Source of the DNA: an uncultured Prevotellaceae bacterium
GTDB taxonomy: Bacteria; Bacteroidota; Bacteroidia; Bacteroidales; Bacteroidaceae
Direction of reading: 5' to 3'
DNA length: 64,000 nucleotides
Assembly: GCA_902774815.1 (NCBI GenBank)
Contig: CACYJV010000002.1
Location: 16,373-80,372 of the forward strand
Both the position numbers and the translations under genes were made by a program. The notes beneath the pieces were generated by a model. The model was not told where the DNA came from. It saw nothing but the letters and a program-made list of their open reading frames with translations, and did not search any database. Below, one piece after another: positions 45,159 to 53,436 of the stretch (the stretch's first letter is position 1; each line of letters starts with the position of its first letter).

Positions 45159-47192
45159 ATGAAAATGAGAACTATGCTTCCGATGCTTGCCATGATGGCG
45201 CTACCCATCACAGGCATCGCACAGAACAAATCGGGTCTGAAGGCCGAGAACTTCGACAAGAGCTATCGCCCCGCCGACGACTTCTACATGTTCGCAACGG
45301 GTGGTTGGCAGAAGCTAAACCCACTGCCTGCTGCCTATTCGCGCTTCGGCAGCTTCGACCAGTTGCAGGAAGACAACAACAAACGCATCAATTCCATCCT
45401 CGGCGACCTGCAGAAGAAGACCTACGCCGCAGGCACTACCGAGCGCAAACTGGCCGATTTCTACAAGCTGGCCATGGACTCCGTACGCCGCAACCAGGAA
45501 GGTATTGCTCCCGTGAAGCCGTTGCTCGACGAGATGGAGGCCGCCCGCACCAAGGCCGACCTGCAGAAGCTGCAGCTGAAATACGCACCTATGGGCTACG
45601 GAGTGCCCTTCGGTTCAGGATTCGGAGCTGACGAAAAGAATGTCGAAATGAACATTCTGAATGTCTCACAGGGCGGACTTACGCTTGGACAACGCGACTA
45701 TTACCTGAACAATGACGAGGCTACAGTGAAAATTCGTGAGGCCTATCGCGAGCACATCGCACGTATGTTCCAGCTCTTTGGCTTCACAAAGGCACAGGCA
45801 GAGGCCAAGCGCGACGCTGTGTTCCGCTTCGAAACGTCGGTGGCACTGATATCGAAGAGCCGCACTGAGCTGCGCGATCCGCAGGCCAACTACAACAAGA
45901 TGACACTCGACGAACTGAAAGCCCTATGCCCGAACATTCCGTTTGAGGCCATGGCCAATGCCGAGGGCGTGAAGAGCGAGTACATTCAGGAGATGATAGT
46001 CGGTCAGCCCAAGTTCATGGAGAGCGTCGACAAGCTGCTCGCCGCCATGAATGCCGACGACCTGCGCGCCTATATGGAGTGGGATGTCATCTCTGGAGCT
46101 GCCGGATTGCTCAGCGATGAGATTCGCGAGGCCAACTTCGACTTCTTCGGACGCACCATGACGGGCCGCCAGCAGGACTATCCGCTGTGGCGTCGTGCCA
46201 CAAACGCCGTTCAGGGTGCCATGGGCGAGGCTCTCGGCAAGATGTATTGCGAGCGCTACTTCCCTGCCACATCGAAGAAACAGATGGAGACGCTGGTGCG
46301 AAACCTGCAGATTGCACTTGGCGAACGTATCGATGCCCAGAAGTGGATGAGCGACTCAACGAAGCAAAATGCCCACAAGAAGCTCGACACATTCTATGTT
46401 AAGATTGGCTATCCCAATAAGTGGACCGACTATTCGAAGCTCGACATCGATCCTGAAAAGTCCTATTACGAGAACATGATGGCCGTTCGCATGTGGCGTC
46501 ATCAGAAGCATATCGACGAAAAGGCAGGCAAACCCGTCGATCGTGACGAATGGTATATGACTCCGCAGACCGTCAATGCCTACTACAACCCAACGACTAA
46601 CGAGATCTGTTTCCCTGCAGGCATCCTGCAATACCCCTTCTTTGATCCGAAGGCCGACGAGGCTTTCAACTATGGAGCCATTGGTGTAGTCATCGGACAC
46701 GAGATGACGCACGGATTCGACGACCAGGGTCGCCAGTTCGATGCAACGGGTAACATGCACGATTGGTGGACGGCCAGCGATGCAGCAGGCTTCAACGAGC
46801 GTGCCGACATGTACGACCGTTTCTTCTCAGCAATTGAGGTACTGCCCGGACTGAAGAGCAACGGACGCCTGACGCTGGGCGAAAACCTGGCCGACCATGG
46901 TGGTCTGCAGGTGGCTTGGTATGCTTATAAGAACGCAACGGCCAAGAAGCCGCTGAAGGAAAAGGACGGTTTCACCGGCGATCAGCGTTTCTTCATCGCC
47001 TATGCCGGCGTTTGGGGACAGAACATCACCGAACAGGAAATCCGCCAGCGCGTGAAGAACGACCCCCACTCACTGGGTGAGTGGCGCGTGAACGGTGCTC
47101 TGCCCCACATCGACATGTGGTATGAGGCTTTCGGCGTGAAGCCCGGCGACAAGATGTACTTGCCCAAGGAGCAGCGTCTCGACCTCTGGTAA
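45159..47192 (+). CDS. pepO: M13-family zinc metalloendopeptidase (PepO/neprilysin-like)
   Basis: Signal peptide. HEMTHGFD (HExxH) and ENLADHGGL (ExxAD). Confidence 0.85.
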   Translation: MKMRTMLPMLAMMALPITGIAQNKSGLKAENFDKSYRPADDFYMFATGGWQKLNPLPAAYSRFGSFDQLQEDNNKRINSILGDLQKKTYAAGTTERKLADFYKLAMDSVRRNQEGIAPVKPLLDEMEAARTKADLQKLQLKYAPMGYGVPFGSGFGADEKNVEMNILNVSQGGLTLGQRDYYLNNDEATVKIREAYREHIARMFQLFGFTKAQAEAKRDAVFRFETSVALISKSRTELRDPQANYNKMTLDELKALCPNIPFEAMANAEGVKSEYIQEMIVGQPKFMESVDKLLAAMNADDLRAYMEWDVISGAAGLLSDEIREANFDFFGRTMTGRQQDYPLWRRATNAVQGAMGEALGKMYCERYFPATSKKQMETLVRNLQIALGERIDAQKWMSDSTKQNAHKKLDTFYVKIGYPNKWTDYSKLDIDPEKSYYENMMAVRMWRHQKHIDEKAGKPVDRDEWYMTPQTVNAYYNPTTNEICFPAGILQYPFFDPKADEAFNYGAIGVVIGHEMTHGFDDQGRQFDATGNMHDWWTASDAAGFNERADMYDRFFSAIEVLPGLKSNGRLTLGENLADHGGLQVAWYAYKNATAKKPLKEKDGFTGDQRFFIAYAGVWGQNITEQEIRQRVKNDPHSLGEWRVNGALPHIDMWYEAFGVKPGDKMYLPKEQRLDLW

Positions 47193-47212
47193 TCAGCGTT
47201 AGAATGAGTTTT

Positions 47213-47250
47213 AGGAGTTGCCTTACCGGTTAGGGCAACTCCTTTTTTTG
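47213..47250 (+). terminator. Terminator after pepO
   Basis: aggagttgcc / ggcaactcct stem followed by ttttttt. Confidence 0.75.
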
Positions 47251-47284
47251 TTTCAACTTCAGAAGAGTCATGGGCGGAAATCTT

Positions 47285-47505
47285 ATAGCTATGCTTTTAA
47301 CTCGCAATAGCTATGCTTCTTATATAGCTAACTCAATGCTTTTGAGGGCACAACTCAATGCTTTAGAGGGCATAACTCAATGCTTTAGAAGGCATAACTC
47401 AATGCTTTCCAGGGTACAACCCAATGCTTTATAGAGTATAACCCAATGCTTTCCAGGGTCTAACTCAATGCATTTGCAGGCCGAAAGCAATGCGACATTT
47501 CCCAA
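47285..47505. repeat. 22-bp-phased degenerate tandem array, copy C (reverse orientation), about 10 units
   Basis: aac(t/c)caatgcttt starts at 47330, 47352, 47374, 47396, 47418, 47440 and 47462, with flanking degenerate units at 47285, 47307 and 47484. This is the reverse complement of the copy-B unit aaagcattgagtt. Confidence 0.9.
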
Positions 47506-47576
47506 AGAAAGCACCGTCATACGTCGCCAAGTAATGAAAAAACAGGCGAAAAGGCTGTTTTATTGCGTTTTTTTAT

Positions 47577-47584
47577 TAACTTTG
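47577..47584 (+). promoter_or_regulatory. Candidate -7 box TAACTTTG for metA
   Basis: 31 nt upstream of ATG 47615 and about 70 bp downstream of 22-bp array C. Confidence 0.45.
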
Positions 47585-47614
47585 TAGCAGTTTTTGCACC
47601 AATAACTCGAAACT

Positions 47615-48535
47615 ATGCCACTCCGACTGCCTGACCGGTTACCTGCCATCGACCTGCTGAAGCAGGAAAACATTTTCGTGATGGATGCCACGCGAGCCCA
47701 CTCGCAGGACATCCGCCCCCTGCGCATCGTCATTCTGAACCTGATGCCGCTCAAAGTGACCACCGAAACCGACCTGATCCGCTTGCTTTCCAATACGCCT
47801 CTGCAGATGGACATCGCGTTCATGAAACTGAAGAGCCACACTCCGAAGAACACTCCCATTGAGCACATGATGATGTTCTACAAGGATTTCGAGACGCTCT
47901 CACGCGAAAAGTTCGACGGAATGATCATCACCGGAGCGCCAGTGGAACAGATGGATTTTGAAGAGGTGAACTATTGGGACGAGATCACACAGATTTTCAG
48001 CTGGGCACGCACCCACGTCACGTCGACACTCTACATCTGCTGGGCAGCACAGGCAGGTCTCTACTACCACTATGGCATACCGAAATATCCGCTCGAGAAG
48101 AAGATGTTCGGCATATTCCCTCAGCGTACGCTCGTCAGCCAGCTGCCTATCTTCCGCGGATTCGACGATGAGTTCATGATGCCACATAGTCGCCACACCG
48201 AACTGAGGCGTTCAGACATCGTGGCCGACCAACGTCTGACGCTCATTGCAGAGGGTAGCGAGAGCGGAGTGTCGATGGTGATGGCACGAGGCGGACGCGA
48301 ATTCTTCGTCACAGGCCACCTTGAATATGCCTTCGACACGCTCGACAAGGAGTATCGCCGCGACATGGCGCTCGGACGCACCGATGTAGGATTGCCACAC
48401 AACTACTATCGCGACGACGACCCATCGAAGGGGCCGCTGGTGACGTGGCGTGCCCACGGCAATCTGCTCTTCTCGAATTGGATCAACTACTACGTCTACC
48501 AGGAAACGCCCTACAACATCGACGAAATCCGATAA
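47615..48535 (+). CDS. metA: Homoserine O-acyltransferase (MetA family)
   Basis: MPLRLPDRLPAIDLLKQENIFVMD...RPLRIVILNLMP...ICWAAQA is the typical MetA N-terminus and catalytic Cys region. Confidence 0.85.
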   Translation: MPLRLPDRLPAIDLLKQENIFVMDATRAHSQDIRPLRIVILNLMPLKVTTETDLIRLLSNTPLQMDIAFMKLKSHTPKNTPIEHMMMFYKDFETLSREKFDGMIITGAPVEQMDFEEVNYWDEITQIFSWARTHVTSTLYICWAAQAGLYYHYGIPKYPLEKKMFGIFPQRTLVSQLPIFRGFDDEFMMPHSRHTELRRSDIVADQRLTLIAEGSESGVSMVMARGGREFFVTGHLEYAFDTLDKEYRRDMALGRTDVGLPHNYYRDDDPSKGPLVTWRAHGNLLFSNWINYYVYQETPYNIDEIR

Positions 48536-48544
48536 CTACAGCCC

Positions 48545-50530
48545 ATGCGAACACTCGAACTACTTGCCCCTGCCAAGAACCTGGAATGTGGTATCGCTGC
48601 CATTGACCATGGAGCTGATGCCGTTTACATCGGAGCTTCGCGCTTCGGTGCACGCGCAGCAGCAGGTAACTGCATCGACGACATAGCCACGCTTTGCCAC
48701 TATGCCCACCAGTTCGGGGCAAAGGTCTATGTTACGGTCAATACCATTATCTTCGACCACGAACTCGAAGCCACGTTCCGACTCATCAACGAGTTGCAGG
48801 AAGTTGGCGTCGATGCCATTTTGGTGCAGGACATGGCGCTGATTCAGGGAGTTAAGGAAGTTAGAGAAGTCAAGGAAGTTAAAGACAATGCCCTCTTGGC
48901 ATCAACAGAACATCCTGACGACCTCCCTTGGAAGGGCAAGGGCATGGCTCTCCATGCCAGTACCCAGACCGATAACCGATCGGCAGAGAAGGTTCGCTGG
49001 TTGCGTTCGCTCGGGTTCAGCCGCGTAGTGCTGGCCCGTGAGTTGTCGCTGGAGGAGATTCGCGAGATTCACCGACAAGTTCCCGACGTCGAGTTGGAAG
49101 TGTTCGTTCACGGAGCACTCTGCGTGAGCTACAGCGGGCAATGCTATATGTCGCAGCATTGTGAGCGACGCTCGGCCAATAGGGGTGAGTGCGCACAGAT
49201 GTGCCGCATGAAATACGACCTGATCGATGGCGATGGGCGTGAACTCATGCACCAGCGCCACCTGCTGTCGCTACGCGATATGTGCCGTATCGATGCACTT
49301 GAGGAACTGGCCGATGCCGGTGCCGTGTCGTTCAAGATTGAAGGACGCCTGAAGGATGTGCCCTATGTGAAGAATGTCGTGGCGGCTTACAGCCAGCGTC
49401 TCGACCAACTCTGCACCAAACGCCCTAAGGATTACACCCGTGCCTCGCGCGGACGCGTTACTTATTATTTTAAGCCCGACCTGCGAAAGACCTTCAATCG
49501 TGGTTTCACCGACTACTTTCTTCATGCCTATCACGACGAGAACGGGGTGCTGCAAGGCCGTCAGGCCGACATCGTCTCGTTCGATACGCCGAAGGCTCTT
49601 GGCGAATATGTCGGCAAAGTGAAGGAGTTACGCCGCGATTCGTTGACGGTTGCCGGCACGGCAGCATTTGCCAATGGCGACGGGTTGTGCTTTTTCCAAG
49701 ACCATTCGCTCGTCGGCTTCCGCGTGAACAGGGCTGAAGGCAACCGATTGTACCCCTTGCGCATGCCTGAAGGATTGCGTCCAGGCATGGCACTCTATCG
49801 CAACAACGACGTAGCCTTCGAACGGCTCATGGCCAGTCGCACCGCTGAGCGCAAGATACCTGTGACCATGATGTTCAAGGTGACAGCTGAGGGGGTGGAA
49901 CTGACCGTCAACGATGCCGCCAACGGTTCGTTGCTGTCGACGGCCAAGCTGGCTTTGCCATTGCAAATTGCCCAGAAACCGCAACGCGAGAACATCGTTC
50001 GCCAGCTCACCAAGCTCGGAAACACGCCCTATAGCTGTGAGAACGTGACGTTTGAAGGCAACTCCGAGCAGTATTTCATCCCCAGTAGCCAACTGGCTGA
50101 GTTGAGGAGAATGGCCGTAGAGGCATGCCCGAAAGCGAGCAATCACGACGATGAAACGCCCAAGACGAGTCCTGTAGCGGGCACAGACCATACGTTTAGC
50201 CTGCCCAAGGAAGGCCTTTGGACGCGGCATCCCTATCTTTTGAACGTGGCAAACCACCTGGCACGTGAATTCTACCGGCAGCAAGGAATCGATGCGGGCA
50301 ATGCGTTCGAACTGTCGTCGGCTATTCCTGTTTCTGGAAAAGGACAGGTGGAGAGTCCTCTCCTCATGCAATGCCGCTACTGCCTGCGCTACTCGCTGGG
50401 CTACTGCGTGAAGCATGGCGGCAAGAAACCTATCTGGCGCGAACCGCTTACCATCCGTTTGGGCGACGGTCGTGAATTCCGTTTAGAGTTCGACTGTAAG
50501 AATTGCCAGATGAATATCTATTCGTCGTAA
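48545..50530 (+). CDS. Peptidase U32-family protein
   Basis: LELLAPAKNLECGIAAIDHGADAVYIG...LHASTQ...EVFVHGALCVSYSGQCYMS. Contains an atypical repeat-derived insert (see findings). Confidence 0.8.
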   Translation: MRTLELLAPAKNLECGIAAIDHGADAVYIGASRFGARAAAGNCIDDIATLCHYAHQFGAKVYVTVNTIIFDHELEATFRLINELQEVGVDAILVQDMALIQGVKEVREVKEVKDNALLASTEHPDDLPWKGKGMALHASTQTDNRSAEKVRWLRSLGFSRVVLARELSLEEIREIHRQVPDVELEVFVHGALCVSYSGQCYMSQHCERRSANRGECAQMCRMKYDLIDGDGRELMHQRHLLSLRDMCRIDALEELADAGAVSFKIEGRLKDVPYVKNVVAAYSQRLDQLCTKRPKDYTRASRGRVTYYFKPDLRKTFNRGFTDYFLHAYHDENGVLQGRQADIVSFDTPKALGEYVGKVKELRRDSLTVAGTAAFANGDGLCFFQDHSLVGFRVNRAEGNRLYPLRMPEGLRPGMALYRNNDVAFERLMASRTAERKIPVTMMFKVTAEGVELTVNDAANGSLLSTAKLALPLQIAQKPQRENIVRQLTKLGNTPYSCENVTFEGNSEQYFIPSSQLAELRRMAVEACPKASNHDDETPKTSPVAGTDHTFSLPKEGLWTRHPYLLNVANHLAREFYRQQGIDAGNAFELSSAIPVSGKGQVESPLLMQCRYCLRYSLGYCVKHGGKKPIWREPLTIRLGDGREFRLEFDCKNCQMNIYSS

Positions 50531-50562
50531 CGCCACATTCCTACATCTATCATAGTAACAAC

Positions 50563-51543
50563 ATGGAAAGGAAGAAACGAACAACCCGTACGATGCTCCT
50601 GGCACTCTGCTTTCTCAGCGTGCTATGTGCTTCGTGCTACAACAAGAAATACTCGGAAGGGCGGCACTACGACGTCAACTATAACTTTGTGGTAAAGTCT
50701 GACAGCATCGAACTGCTACGCCAGCAACCTGAAGAGCTGGCCAGCGACCTGCTGACCGATTCGTTCATCGTTGGCAAGGGCCGTCACCTCGTCGTAGCCG
50801 ACTTCCGCACGTTGCCCAACGACACCATTGACTCCGTGTGGGTGCAACTTGCAACGCAGGAAGCTGAGTTCGGGTGGACGCGAGAGTCACAGTTGCTGCC
50901 TTCGGTCGTGCCCGACGACCCCATATCGCAGTTCATTTCGACGTTCTCCGACCAGCATGTGCTCTACTCGCTCATCGTCATCGTGCTACTGGCCTTTGCC
51001 TATATGCTGCGCAAATTCAGCTCATCGCTGTCGCTGAAGAAACCTAAGGACGACGATGCGCCTCACATCGTCCACTTCAACGACATCCATTCGTTCTATC
51101 CCACGCTGCTTGCCGTCGTCGTAGCAATGGCAGCCACCTTCTATGCCTCGCTCCAGATGTTTGCACCTGAGCTTTGGCAACAGTTCTACTACCACCCTAC
51201 CCTCAACCCGTTCTCCGTTCCAGGCCTGCTTTCGGTGTTCCTGGTGTCGGTGTGGGCCATGCTTATCATCGGCATTGCTGTCGTTGACGACGTGCGTACG
51301 CTACTGCCCTTTGGCGAAGCCCTGCTCTATCTCGGAGGTCTGGCTGCCGTTTGTGCCGTCAATTACATCCTTTTCAGCATCACAACGCTATGGTATGTCG
51401 GCTATGTTCTGCTGGTTGTCTATGTCATATTTGCCATTCGTCATTACTACCGCCACCATGCCTATCGCTATCGTTGTGGTCAGTGTGGAACAAAGCTGCG
51501 CTCCTTAGGCACATGTCCCAACTGCGGAGCCATCAACGAATGA
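50563..51543 (+). CDS. Membrane lipoprotein-like protein with C-terminal zinc ribbon
   Basis: Start at MERKKRTTRTMLLALCFLSVLCASC (lipobox). An extracytoplasmic domain, then about 5 TM helices, then a C-terminal CGQCG...CPNCG. Confidence 0.6.
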   Translation: MERKKRTTRTMLLALCFLSVLCASCYNKKYSEGRHYDVNYNFVVKSDSIELLRQQPEELASDLLTDSFIVGKGRHLVVADFRTLPNDTIDSVWVQLATQEAEFGWTRESQLLPSVVPDDPISQFISTFSDQHVLYSLIVIVLLAFAYMLRKFSSSLSLKKPKDDDAPHIVHFNDIHSFYPTLLAVVVAMAATFYASLQMFAPELWQQFYYHPTLNPFSVPGLLSVFLVSVWAMLIIGIAVVDDVRTLLPFGEALLYLGGLAAVCAVNYILFSITTLWYVGYVLLVVYVIFAIRHYYRHHAYRYRCGQCGTKLRSLGTCPNCGAINE

Positions 51544-51603
51544 TGCAACATCTTTCTTACCGCCAACCATTAACACCCATCACTCAACCCCCATCACCCA
51601 ACT

Positions 51604-53259
51604 ATGAACATCCAAGCTCTATTGGTTGCTTCGTGCAGCCTCCTTCTTGCCACCTCGTGTGTACAAAAGCCTGACACATCGACACTCCAAACCGTAGGAA
51701 ACCCCTATCTGCCACTATGGGAACACATTCCTGATGGCGAGCCCTACGTTTTTGAAGACCCTGACAAGCCAGGCCATCAGCGTGTGTACATCTACGGTTC
51801 GCACGACGATTTGCGCGACGAATACTGTGGTCGCGATCAGGTAGTGTGGTCGGCTCCGGTCGAAGACCTCAGCCATTGGCGCTATGATGGCACCATTCTC
51901 GTGGTCGACAAGAACGCACGAGGCGAGCAACTCGACTCGGCAGGTCGCGGCGACGTGCTCTATGCTCCCGACGTCACGATGGTTACCGCCGCCGATGGCA
52001 CCAAGACTTATTACCTGTATCCTAACGATCAGGCTGGAGGACGCAACGGACTTGTGGCAAAAAGCTCACGTCCCGACGGTCCCTTCGAGGTCATCAACTG
52101 GAGCAAGGACGATCCTAACCGCACTGAAGGCCCGTTGCAGTTCGACCCCGCCGTGTTTGTCGACGACGACGGACGTGTCTATGCCTACTGGGGATTTACC
52201 CGTTCCTATGCCGCAGAGCTTGATCCGGCCACCATGGCTACCGTCAAACCAGGCACAAAGGTGGTCGAAGACATGATCACTTCAAAGGATCAGCCAGGCG
52301 AATTCCGCTTTTTCGAGGCATCGTCCATTCGTAAGATCAAGGATAAGTACGTGTTCATCTATAGCCGATGGACTGCTGAGGGCGAGTTCGATTTGCCAGC
52401 CACCAACTATACGCTGGCCTATGCCTATAGTGAACAGCCACTTGGCCCCTACACCTATGGCGGAACCATCATCGATGGACGTGCCCGCGAAACCGACGAG
52501 CAAGGTCGCACCATAGCATCGGCCAATGCCAGTGGCAACACCCATGGCAGTATCTGCGAAATCAATGGCCAGTGGTACGTGTTCTACCATCGCCAAAGCG
52601 GTCTGAACGAGTTTGCCCGCCAAGCCATGGTGGCTCCCATCAGCGTTCAAGTGGAAGAGGGACCTGGCGGAAAGGTCACCATCAGCGAGGGTGAATACAA
52701 CTCTGAGGGTTTCTCTCTCGATGGTCTCGACCCGCTGGAGCGCCACTCGGCAGGTATCGCATGCTGGTATACGGGTCCTAAACCATCCGAACACCAATGG
52801 CCGAACAATGTGTTTTACGGTTCGTACATTGAGGCTTCGTATGGCAACGAGGGCGCTTCGGCCGAAGAAACCCTTGCCAACAACCTGCAATCGCCTTACG
52901 ATTTGAAGGTCAACACTAATCGTGTGATTAACAATACCGATGGTTCCATTGTTGGATACAAGTACTTTAACTTCACGAAGACAAACGGTCGCAGCGACGT
53001 CAGCCTGCTTTTGCAACTCATTCCACTTGGTATCGACGGCACAATCGAAATCTATATTGACAGACCTTGGACCTCTCAAGGTGGCAAACAACTGGGTTCC
53101 ATACAGTTGAAGGCCGATATGCCGCAGACATCGACCGAGTTGAGCTCAGCTCTTCCTGCGCTTTCCGACCTGACAGGCAAGCATGCACTCTTCCTGGTGT
53201 TCAAGTCTGCCACCAAGGAACAAAGCCTCTGCACGCTGGAAAGCTTAGTCTTCGAATAA
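51604..53259 (+). CDS. Glycoside hydrolase family 43-like (xylosidase/arabinofuranosidase type)
   Basis: Lipobox LLLATSC. NPYLPLWEHIPDGEPYVFEDPD...RVYIYGSHD...YAPDV...FFEASSIRKI resembles GH43 five-bladed propeller enzymes. Assignment is from memory. Confidence 0.65.
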   Translation: MNIQALLVASCSLLLATSCVQKPDTSTLQTVGNPYLPLWEHIPDGEPYVFEDPDKPGHQRVYIYGSHDDLRDEYCGRDQVVWSAPVEDLSHWRYDGTILVVDKNARGEQLDSAGRGDVLYAPDVTMVTAADGTKTYYLYPNDQAGGRNGLVAKSSRPDGPFEVINWSKDDPNRTEGPLQFDPAVFVDDDGRVYAYWGFTRSYAAELDPATMATVKPGTKVVEDMITSKDQPGEFRFFEASSIRKIKDKYVFIYSRWTAEGEFDLPATNYTLAYAYSEQPLGPYTYGGTIIDGRARETDEQGRTIASANASGNTHGSICEINGQWYVFYHRQSGLNEFARQAMVAPISVQVEEGPGGKVTISEGEYNSEGFSLDGLDPLERHSAGIACWYTGPKPSEHQWPNNVFYGSYIEASYGNEGASAEETLANNLQSPYDLKVNTNRVINNTDGSIVGYKYFNFTKTNGRSDVSLLLQLIPLGIDGTIEIYIDRPWTSQGGKQLGSIQLKADMPQTSTELSSALPALSDLTGKHALFLVFKSATKEQSLCTLESLVFE

Positions 53260-53295
53260 GGAATAAGGTTTTTGGAGAAAGAGAGTCAAAGAAAT

Positions 53296-53429
53296 AAAGA
53301 AGTTAGAAATTAAGGAAGTTAAAGAAGTTAAGGAAGTTAAAGGACGATAGCCTTGCCACTCGGAATCTTTTTTCAGAGCAACAAGAAGAGTAATGTCCTT
53401 TAACTTCCTTAACTTCTTTTTTAACTTCC
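53296..53429. repeat. Long inverted repeat built from (g/a)aagttaa(g/a) units; possible bidirectional terminator or MITE-like element
   Basis: Left arm ggaagttaaagaagttaaggaagttaaaggac (53314-53345). Right arm gtcctttaacttccttaacttcttttttaacttcc (53395-53429). The loop is about 49 nt. The element fills the gap between the convergent stops at 53259 and 53437. Confidence 0.75.
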
Positions 53430-53436
53430 AAACTCC

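Noticed and set aside
47285-47505. Possible CRISPR array (regularly spaced repeats); the same question applies to 16480-16625 and 36801-37044
   Set aside because: The period is only 22 bp, with a ~13-nt degenerate core and no unique spacers of 25-40 bp. The repeats are not identical and no cas genes are present. These are tandem minisatellite-like arrays.
47497-47614. SAM or other riboswitch in the metA leader
   Set aside because: The predicted leader after the -7 box is only about 30 nt, and I could not find conserved SAM-I, SAM-II or other riboswitch core sequences by eye. A covariance-model scan (Rfam/Infernal) would be needed to exclude it formally.
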